Origin: Ancylonema sp.
Taxonomy: Eukaryota
Assembly (NCBI GenBank): GCA_050230475.1
Contig: JBFLGF010000151.1
Coordinates: 46,889 to 66,888, forward strand
DNA: 20,000 nt
Direction: 5' to 3'
Below the pieces are notes generated by a model. The model was not told the origin of the DNA and did not search any database. It saw only the letters and a program-made list of their open reading frames with translations. Both the position numbers and the translations under genes were made by a program. This document shows positions 10,701-20,000 of the stretch, piece by piece (within the stretch, counting starts at the first letter, position 1; every line of letters begins with the position of its first letter).

Positions 10701-11251
10701 CAGAGCATGGAAGAATTTGGGAATTTATGTTCCTGCTGCACCCTCTGCTATTCTGTGGCCGGCTAAGTGTATCTTTATGAATTCGACGTAGTGAGCCCTT
10801 ATTCGTGTGTGCTTCCTATAGCTCCTTAGTGTATAAGCGCACAACGTCGGAACAGGCAAGCAAAAGCCGTACGAAGAGAGGTGCCCTCCTGTAGCTGCAC
10901 TACACAGCCGCGGGAAGGTGTTCATTTTCTCAAATATTCCGTTGATGAAGTCATCCTTTGATTCCTTCCTCGTCAGTCGTCGGCATCAATGGCATGATTT
11001 TTTTACGTGAGCCTCACTACGCACGCACTTATGAGGAGGCGCAGCCGAGTCGTACATAGAATATCTAACACGCACCTGCAGAAAGGTGGGCAGGCCACGT
11101 GATACATACGTAAAGTAGAATGCTTGGAGGGAAGCGCATCCCGGGGTGCCACGTGGAGTGATCCTAGATGTGTTTGGGCATGACCAATGGCCTTTCCGGC
11201 CATACCTACATCGTGTGAAGCTACGAGAAAACGAGCACTACAGACGGCCAT
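7792..11251 (-). CDS. P-class pentatricopeptide repeat (PPR) protein, about 17 repeats, PPR10/At5g02860-like, probably plastid RNA-binding
   Basis: Well-supported exons 10458-9088, 8774-8587, 8274-8107 and 7918-7792. The GT-AG joins restore exact 35-aa repeats (VWNAVVAMHGKMGNLGQ|MESVLERLEASGLRPDAV; SYNTLILAFC|KYGRVDDAIRVLGEMTRGGVPANQF; ...RREGMR|PEDD). Tentative in-frame 5' exons are 11251-11076 and 10637-10532 (or 10520). No E/DYW domain. Features such as GRYKEA, G.SWKRV, YARCGS, LLHAYA and LLKSVV match my recollection of At5g02860/PPR10-type proteins. Confidence 0.88.
8910..9063. repeat. 11-bp minisatellite (GGGTCCAAAAA) x14 inside a PPR intron
   Basis: Units start at 8910 and recur every 11 nt to 9053; 13 are perfect and the last is GGGTCCAGAAA. 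Preceded by an A-run. Lies within intron 9087-8775. Confidence 0.97.
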
Positions 11252-11610
11252 GTTGTTTGTGGTCTGGCTACGGGGCTGTCTGGTGGCGTGAAGTGAATGT
11301 GCCTGCGTACGAACCTGTTCATGGCGGTCGGAAAAGGTCTGCCGGGTCAATTGGGAGCCATGCCTGTAGCACTAAGCCAAGACACGGACAGCTTTTGGGC
11401 GATGTTTGCCTAATAAATAAACAGCGGGACGTTGTCACGTGTAGGCTCCATTATTCAACCAACTTTGACTACTGTGCTGTGCCTGATACGTCTGCTCAGC
11501 TCAATACTTCGCAATCAATTACCTAGAAGTACGGTATTGCGAAACAGCTACTGTGCTGCCAAAACCCTGTACCGTACAGGCAATCGAATACCCGGGCTTG
11601 TGGGACAAAA

Positions 11611-12034
11611 TTTTCGCGCGGGAAGGAAAATAGGCGCGAATAGTATCGATTCGTCCAGATGGCACGTAAATGCCTCACTGCCTTCTGACAACACCTACTG
11701 CCTACTCATAGCTGAGCCGAGCGCCCTATCGCACGTGCGATGATGCAGTTCCATGAATTGCAGAGGTATTGTTGAAGCGCATTCTCGCCCGTCTACTCTG
11801 ACGGCCAAGTCATCGCCAAATGATCACCTAGAGTCGCACTTGAGTCCACACCTGTGCAACAAATAATTAGCGATGGAGCCTGCCGTATACCAGGTTGTAA
11901 TGCAGCAAAACAGGACATGAACACCCTTGCTGGGTCTTCTGTCCCCTTGCTCCTGAGGTTCAGCATTGGTCGGGTCACGTCTCTACATGCTCGCTGCTTC
12001 CAGTGTCCATTTCGCGGGGCGCAGATTTTCCCGG
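11611..12034. promoter_or_regulatory. Cluster of E2F-consensus (WTTSSCSS) sites in the divergent PPR/CENH3 intergenic region
   Basis: TTTTCGCGCGGGAA at 11611-11624, GGCGCGAAT (reverse ATTCGCGCC) at 11633-11641, TTTCGCGG at 12010-12017 and TTTCCCGG at 12027-12034, all 200-630 nt upstream of the CENH3 ATG. Confidence 0.6.
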
Positions 12035-12239
12035 TCATCGTTCGGGGAAATACGATACAAAGAAATTCGACCTCTGTCTCGCCAATGACGTCTATTAGCA
12101 GGACAGTCATTTCAATATTCAGGGGACCAATTTCGATCGTATAGATTTACGTCATCCTAGATTTTCAGGACCCAACATTTTGTGTAGCGGAAGGCGGGTA
12201 GTAGTAAGGTCGCCGCGCTTTTGTCGTTGAGTGGCACGT

Positions 12240-14024
12240 ATGGCGCGGACAGGCCAGAAGCGAGCCACACCCCGGCGCAGGTCTGGGGCGGCTGCCACAG
12301 TTGCGGCTGGTGCAGCCGCTGCCGCAGCCGCTGCCGCCGCTGCCGTTGCAGCTGCACAAGCAGGTACACATCAACATCCGTTATGGGAGGTAATCATGTG
12401 TGTGTGTTCTGGCCATCGGCTGATTTTGTCACGACATCATTTCCCCCACTCCATTCACCAGATTTCCATTTGATACTCCACGGACCTGAAACCTCAAACC
12501 TGAAACCTGAGACCTGGAACCTGGAGCCTGGAGCCTGGAACCTGAATCTTGATTCCTGGATCCTGGAACCTGGAACCTGGAACCCAGAACCTGGAATTTG
12601 GAACCTGAAACCCGGCCTTGCGTGTTCCTGACAGGTGGAGCAGGGGGGGCGAAAGGGGGCCGGGGAGGAGCTCCACGCAAACGTCGGTATCGCCCAGGCA
12701 CGCTGGCGCTGAAGGAGATCCGGAGGTACCAGCGGACAACGGAACTGCTCGTCCGGAAGCTTCCTTTCACCCGCCTGGTGAGTCCCCTGGGGGAACACGT
12801 GAACCGTGAGAAACGGGCATGGACCGTAGCCCGCACTTCATTGGCCCGCTGGTGATCGACCTCCGATACAGAACCCGACACCTGTCTGGTACACAACCCT
12901 GAAAGCAGTTGGAGTGTGGCTGGGTCCAGGTTCGCGAGATCAGCAACAGCATGACTCAGATCCCCTTCCGATGGACGGCCGAGGCCCTGCTGGCCATTCA
13001 AGAGGTGCACCACCCGGATTTGGATTCGGGGTTTTGGAGTGTTGGGTTCAGCTTGTTTTTTTACGATTATTTTCTTTCCCTTCTACGTGTGCGCAGTCCA
13101 TGGAGGACTTCATGGTGCATTTGTTTGAGGACACTAACTTGTGCGCCATTCACGCAAAGCGGGTGACCATCAGTGAGTGAAACTGATACGTTTTCTAACG
13201 CATGCGAATAAACGTACAGACGAGGATATGTATACATAAACATGTATACACACATGTATACACATGTCGAGCTACGTATGTACATGTATTGCGGCACAAA
13301 TGTACAAACATACCTCTCTTTTGTTCCTAACATGTAAGGACCTATGTCTAATTTAAATAGACGTGTATATCTTAGAAACATAATTCATAACAATGTGAAT
13401 ACTCATGCACATAATTTAAACGTTTAGACATGCAATGGAAAGCTTTTGTGTAAGTGCATGTGTTGATATGTTTATGTGTCCATGTACATGTGTACGCATG
13501 TATGTATCTTTGTGTATATATATATAAATCGAGTTTGTATATGCGCACCTACATGGGTATATAGATATGTATAAGCATATGTATGAGTACGTGTATGTAT
13601 GTGTGTATGTGCATATGTACGTGGGTGTGTATGTATGTCTTAATTGCACGTGCAATGCGACCCATCCCGATGATGGAAGACGTCTCATCATGCTGGAAAA
13701 CTATCATTGTTATTCATTTATTATATATTTATTTGCTATACTCTTACGATATAGGTAGGCATATGCCCACGATGCGCATTGGACTCTCGGATTGAGGTCC
13801 ATTTGTTGTGATGCCAACGGGAATAGAATCTGCGTCCACTTCAACGAATGATGATGTGGGTGGAGTAACACGGGGTCAAACAACATTGAGACAATTTCTA
13901 GTTTTTCGTGAAAGATTCCTTGGAGACAAACTTTTTTTTTCTTTTTTGGGTTGTTGCAGTGCCGAAGGACATGCAATTGGCTCGACGAATCCGAGGAGGA
14001 ATATTGGGGGCGCAGTTGCAATAA
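12240..14024 (+). CDS. CENH3: Centromere-specific histone H3 variant (CENH3/CENP-A), 5 exons, 160 aa
   Basis: Exons 12240-12363, 12635-12777, 12930-13004, 13097-13172 and 13960-14024, all GT-AG, 483 nt. Histone fold: [98 protein letters not shown]3 diagnostics: T instead of H3 Q68, W instead of F84, loop 1 one residue longer, and an N-tail unrelated to canonical H3. Confidence 0.95.
12288..12362 (+). repeat. Imperfect GCN trinucleotide tract encoding poly-alanine in the CENH3 N-terminal tail
   Basis: Encodes [25 protein letters not shown] from GCC/GCT/GCA/GCG codons. Confidence 0.9.
12483..12612. repeat. Degenerate 7-bp tandem array (GAACCTG-type) in CENH3 intron 1
   Basis: gacctga aacctca aacctga aacctga gacctgg aacctgg agcctgg agcctgg aacctga atcttga ... 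about 18 units over about 130 nt. Confidence 0.9.
13225..13655. repeat. Alternating purine-pyrimidine (TA/CA/TG) low-complexity tract in CENH3 intron 4
   Basis: Runs such as atgtatacataaacatgtatacacacatgtatacacatg and gtgtatgtatgtgtgtatgtgcatatgtac. Confidence 0.75.
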
Positions 14025-14829
14025 CGAATGGCCTTTCTTTCCGAAATATCGTTGAATTTACCACTTGTTGGCCTCTTTCTAGGCCACCAATGCTTACAGC
14101 ATAAAACCATGGCCACAAAAGGGCATATTGTGGTTTTGGATTTTAATTTTCGTGAGCCTAATGGAGCTGCTGTAAACAAGGGTAGCAACCAATATAGACA
14201 CTTGCTTAGCACTAGACTAGACATATCTAGGTGGCACAACATTGTAGACACAGAGCTAGACTAAGGCCCTAAATGCACACCTTTTGGCTTATTTTTTTAG
14301 ACGAGGTTTATGCTTCTCTCAGAAAAACTGCAGAAAGTAGATTATCGCGAATCATTGTAAGTTACCACATGACATGCAGCGCAGAATCAGAGGTTGACGA
14401 TAGATGTGAATGAGACATTGGTGAATGGTGGCAGATTTATTGTCGGCTAGTCGTATGCTGCAATCAAAAGATTACAAAGAGGTGCCGGCAAGGATATAGA
14501 AGTAGTGACCTCGAGTCACTAAATCTAAAATCCTGCATGTGCATGCGAAGTCGCGAAGTACAGATCACACGTGTGGGAGACACATGTCGACGTGTTATGA
14601 GTCTGTGATACTTGCGGGTGTATCCGTCGTATCGGTGCTTTACATGTGTGGGTGTATGTGTGTACGTAGATGATGCTAGATAGCATGATAGTACCAACCC
14701 CGTTTTTTTTGTCTTCCTTTTTTTGGATCTCTTACTCGTGAGGAAATTGAGGCTAAGACCACTGAGAGAGAATGTACATGGCGACGGAGAACGCCAAAAA
14801 CTGTGTTGTACGAATTTTACTTCTGAAAT

Positions 14830-15400
14830 AAATCCACATCTATCGGCACAAATCCTAACCCTGTTTCAGCTGTCAACAAAAAATCTCAGTGCTACAACTC
14901 TGGTCAGTGTGGACATCAAGCCAAAGACTGTTCGCATCCTCAACATAATCCTCCTCCAGCTTATCCAAAAGCTGCAAGGTCACCAACCGCTCCAAATTCC
15001 CGATGAATTCTTAAGTCGGAATCTAAGTAAAAAAAGGTACTTGTGGCTTCAAGGGTGATGCTTCTGTCAATTCGAAGTTTTATTTCGAAACAACGACAAT
15101 ATGGTGATTCAGAATATACAGTTGGTGCTACTTGTGAGAAGTGTGGAAATGGTGGTCACAGAGGGTTCCAATGCTGAAAATCTCAGGTGCGAAAATTTGA
15201 TTCAACCTTCCTATCATGTGTCCCCTCCACACCAAGAGCTACTCCTGGATAGGCACTACACTTCGACACATGTTCCACCATCATCATACATGTTGGAGAG
15301 CCCGTTGGAAGATTTGAGTGTGGACATCAGAGTTGCCTCCCTACAGCAACACATGCCCAACGACCCTCGGGTGTAAAATCATGCTATATAACATCATTCT
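14830..15400 (+). pseudogene. Decayed CCHC zinc-knuckle ORF (retroelement gag-like or knuckle-protein relic); boundaries approximate
   Basis: One plus frame contains CYNSGQCGHQAKDC (14890-14931, CX2CX4HX4C with second C replaced by S) and a perfect CEKCGNGGHRGFQC (15133-15174). In-frame stops (TGA, TAA, TGA, TAG) lie between and after them. Confidence 0.6.
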
Positions 15401-15460
15401 TCGTCGACTTTGTCCCCTATCAGACCAGAAAAGAATGTTGGCTTTTGGACCCGCAAATCC

Positions 15461-16481
<1,021 letters not shown>

Positions 16482-16783
16482 AATTTCAGCGTTTGCAAAG
16501 GCCAAGCGATTTCACGCGGCAGCGATTTGTAAAGACTGCCGCAGAAACCTTGCACCAGCGGGAGAGGACTGGAACGGAGTCAGCCTTTCGTCCTTGTACC
16601 ATACCGAGAACCAAAGCGGAGTAGGCCTAGAACCTACCTGTAGGCATGTAGGCTTTAAGCCCCACTGAGACCTACACTCTACGACAAACGTTGAATCGGA
16701 CGGTCAATTATTGTTCATTGAACGAGTGAGCGTCGGTCACTTCTTCGATCGTTGGCGTAGCGCGTGTGGATGTCAAAGATGTT

Positions 16784-16981
16784 GACCCCAACAGCGTAAT
16801 ATTGTCGGGATTTTTTGAAGTACCGTTATATTCAGTCCATACGTCAGATGACCCCAACAGCGTCATATTGTCGGGATTTTTTGAAGTACCGTTATATTCA
16901 GTCCATACGTCAGATGACCCCAACAGCGTAATATTGTCGGGAATTTTTGAAGTACCGTTATATTCAGTCCATACGTCAGTT
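16784..16981. repeat. 66-bp tandem repeat, 3 near-identical copies, upstream of RPS27
   Basis: Unit gaccccaacagcgtaatattgtcgggattttttgaagtaccgttatattcagtccatacgtcagat at 16784, 16850 and 16916; 1-2 substitutions per copy. Confidence 0.97.
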
Positions 16982-17430
16982 GTCGCTAGCAAATGTTTTA
17001 CGTGATTTGGCTGTACCGAGAATTGGCGTATCCGTTACGTTACGGGTTATACGCGGGTCTCGGAGGTAGTTCCAGCCTATCATCGCGTTTCTTTTCGCTG
17101 GAGCCCTAATCACTCGAACCCGTCATAGAAGCCGTGGTATGCGGCATACCACTCCTTGCTTCCTGAGCTTGTCAAATGAAACGTTCACCAATGCTGCGGC
17201 GAGAAATGTCGCATGAAATGATGATATTTTGCGCACTCAATATGTGTAGCTCTTTGTGTGGCTGATTGGTTATATCCCTAAGCCTTCGCATACAAACCGC
17301 TTTGTGATGGACGGAGGAGAGAAGGACACTCCGGATAGTGTCTTGCCCGTGATAAGAGACTCCCGAGTGTAATTAAATATTGGTGAGCACCATCTCAAGC
17401 AGCTCTGTTAAAATGAGTAAGTAAGATTGC

Positions 17431-20000
17431 TGATACAAGAAAAATATGCTAATATGTGAGGAGTAGCAGTGACTCTATTCTTAATTAATGGTGTTCTTAG
17501 CAACCTGGGTATTTTTAACGACGCCTGCTAGCATCGAGCACGGAGGCATAATTGAAATCTGATGTCATTGGAGCCTGTCGGACAATATTAGATCGTGTGC
17601 TTGTATGGGGTGGATTTGTGCTTATACGGCGAGAGGGCCTATAAGATAAATGGTGCCTACTCGACGCGATGGACTTACGCGATGAAATATGACTATATGG
17701 TGAATTGTGCTTATACGACGAGAGTGTCTATAACGATAGGAGGTGGTTACTCGGTGTTTTGTACTTTCGTACGATGAACGTTATGCGGGTATGGGTATTC
17801 ACGGCTTTCAATAGAAGATTCGAAAGCGCGTGGGTATTCCTCGATAAGTTTCGTAAAGTGACACGTGTCCCTCGGACTCATTTAACCTTAGGTGCGTCGA
17901 ACAGAATCTAAGGCCGTAGTTGGACGAAACGTTATGATTGCTCCGCCACCTACGGCACTGATGGCGGCACCCAGTACGGACTGCGCTGACAGCTGCATTA
18001 CCAGCAACTTAAGAGTAACACCGGCAGCTTCCTTGTAAATTCTATCGCAATATTCACGTCGCGTTAAAGGCGCCGTAAGTTCGGCATTGAATTACGGAAG
18101 GCGACAAGACAAGGAAGACCAGCTTGCGATCCTGGCCACGATGGACGGCAGCTGCGCGCCGCCACCATGACGCTGGAGTGACCTACTTTTAACATCTTCC
18201 TAGCTCTAGAGAGGAGTAGAGAGTAACATCTGTCCTAGTGTGCTAGACTCTAAGTGGTTGAGCTAGTAAGTCGGTAGCTGAGTCGGCTGAGACGGCGCCG
18301 TAAGTCGATACTGCAGGATGAGAAGATGCTTTGCTACTTTCTGTGATCTCCTAGCTGAGGCCACTATATAATTTGTAACTCATTGATCGGAACTCTATCA
18401 GTTCCGATCACTCCTCGGGAACCGCTGATAAATTGTCTACTCATTGGCAATTGTTTATTCGCGTGTTCGGGCTGGTATTCCATTGTGTGTGAATTCCTTG
18501 TGCATTATCTTTTCATCCTCATACAGTTTCGAACACTTTACGTTCAGGCCATCATTGGCAATCCCTTGCCATAGGTAGACTAGAAAATAAATCTAAGCAT
18601 GTGCTAGACTCGCTTCGGGCGGAGTGCTATGTTCATTGTTAACGCGCACGTGCGTGACGCGAGCCTCGACTAGGCTGAGTTGTGATATAACGACATTTCA
18701 TGTGATACAACGACACATAATTCGCACGTGCATTTCACTCATTACAACGATGATTGTTATATCGAATACGTTACACGTGTGAATGGTCCCAATGATAAAC
18801 GGCACGACAAGCCATCTTCCTTTAAAGCCACTCTTGTTAGAGTGAATGAGCTTAAATCCGCTAGATTCTCTTCAACACAATTCATTGTTGTTTCGCTCAC
18901 TCATCCATTTGAACTCGGAGAATAGGGGGGACGTTGTTCGCCACTACCGTCACCACTCTCACACATAGATGTAGCGAATCCATGCTAGGAGTCATGTTTA
19001 GTGGGTGTCATAAGCTTTCTGTACATGAAACGAAGGTACCTTTGCACCTCTTTAGTTGCAACAAGTAGATCATCATTGGAGTGTATGCGTACAACGATAA
19101 ACACTATTCACCCTCTTTTGGTGTTGGATTCCGGATAACCGTGGGTTGACCGGAATAATTGTAATCTGAATAAGTATAGCATCAGCCGTTAGTGTGTAGG
19201 ACGCGCGAGCGTGAGCGAGCGTCGGGTTCAGTTTGAATTAGTTCATTTGGTTGATAAGGGCGCGCGTGGTTAATTCGCGGGCGCACGTAATATTTGCATG
19301 ATTTGGTTCAGTGTCATGCCGGGCGCGCGAACAATTATATTGGGCGTGCGCAAGTTTTATGTCGGGCGCATTTAGTTGCATGAGCGCACTGAGTTGAATT
19401 TATTTCGCACGGCAAGTGGCAAATTAGTTGAAACAGATTAGTTGATACGGCATTTGTTCACGAAACGGTTGTTTCTCGTTTGTCGTAGGATTCAGGGAAT
19501 TCGCATGAGATTCAGAATATATAGGAAAGACAATTGTGACTATTTCCTTCATCTCGCTTAGTCGATTTATCGTTACCATGGCATTTTTATTTGATGACAT
19601 GTGTCTCTGAATGGTATGTTGATTTAAGCACTACTCTAGACTTAGAGTCTGAAATCCAGTCGTGAGTGATCTGGCCTAATGGCGGACCCCGCTGGTATCA
19701 GTGGTATCAGAGCCACCGGGTTACGTCCCGTGGCAATATTAAAGAAGGACAAGGACAAGAAGGAGAAAGAGGTACAAGTTGTGAAATACTCATTTTCTCA
19801 TATGAGTATTCGTTAGCGAGTGCGAAAAGTCACTTCGAGCATTCGCATACTTGACTCGGAATAGATCACTTAGAAGTATTTGCTTATCTCTAACAGAGTA
19901 TAGGAGTAAGTCTCTGCTCGGATAAGACGATAGGGCAAGGACGTGGCGCAGAGGCCAGAGTCATTGCCGCGACGGCGCCAAGCTGACCAATGAGAGGTCA
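17431..20000 (+). mobile_element. LTR retrotransposon 5' end: putative LTR of about 2.27 kb (17431-19700), PBS and leader, continuing beyond the window
   Basis: LTR 3' end ...GGTATCA at 19700 lies 1 nt before the PBS. A matching inverted terminus TGATAC is at 17431 (alternative TGATAC starts at 18703 and 19443). Internal TATATAA at 18365, hairpin at 18384-18410, AATAAA at 18586 and U3-type direct repeats; no long ORF. The left boundary is inferred. Confidence 0.65.
19702..19715 (+). other. Primer-binding site complementary to the 3' end of plant initiator tRNA-Met
   Basis: TGGTATCAGAGCCA, the canonical plant LTR-retrotransposon PBS, directly after a CA-ending LTR terminus. Confidence 0.9.

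Noticed and set aside
9072..10791. Long plus-strand Pro/His/Ala-rich ORFs (361 aa, 169 aa and others)
   Set aside because: Antisense shadows of the GC-rich PPR exon.
12394..13013. Minus-strand ORFs with RFQVPGS repeats
   Set aside because: Produced by the 7-bp intronic array and the antisense of CENH3 exons.
12635..14024. Canonical histone H3.1/H3.3
   Set aside because: Tail lacks ARKS/KAPRK motifs and the fold has CENH3-type substitutions (PFTRL, RWT, longer loop 1), despite retaining EDTNLC.
16784..16981. CRISPR-like array, or a 22-aa repeat protein (ORFs 16708-16992 and 16766-17005)
   Set aside because: Units are contiguous with no unique spacers, there are no cas genes and the context is eukaryotic. 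The ORFs lack ATG starts and stay open largely because 66 is divisible by 3.

Overview
Eukaryotic nuclear DNA from a green plant lineage. The intron-rich genes, P-class PPR gene, plant-type RPS27 and CENH3, and plant tRNA-iMet primer site suggest a streptophyte alga or early land plant, though the taxon is an inference. Manual splicing resolves five protein genes: (1) an 8-exon aldo-keto reductase with an N-terminal membrane anchor (477-2960, minus); (2) a single-exon uncharacterised protein with a C-terminal hydrophobic segment (4749-5372, minus); (3) a P-class PPR protein of about 17 repeats resembling the PPR10/At5g02860 group (7792 to about 11251, minus, 5' exons tentative); (4) a 5-exon centromeric histone CENH3 with a poly-Ala tail (12240-14024, plus), divergent from the PPR gene across an E2F-motif-rich spacer; (5) a 4-exon 40S ribosomal protein S27 (15461-16481, minus). 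Non-genic features include intronic 11-bp and 7-bp arrays, a 66-bp x3 repeat upstream of RPS27, a decayed two-zinc-knuckle ORF, and the 5' LTR plus tRNA-iMet PBS of an LTR retrotransposon that runs off the right edge. I see no clearly new multi-gene system. The most unusual items are an AKR intron that restores the conserved IGVSNF motif only with a GT...TG junction, the membrane-anchored AKR, and the CENH3 tail and promoter.
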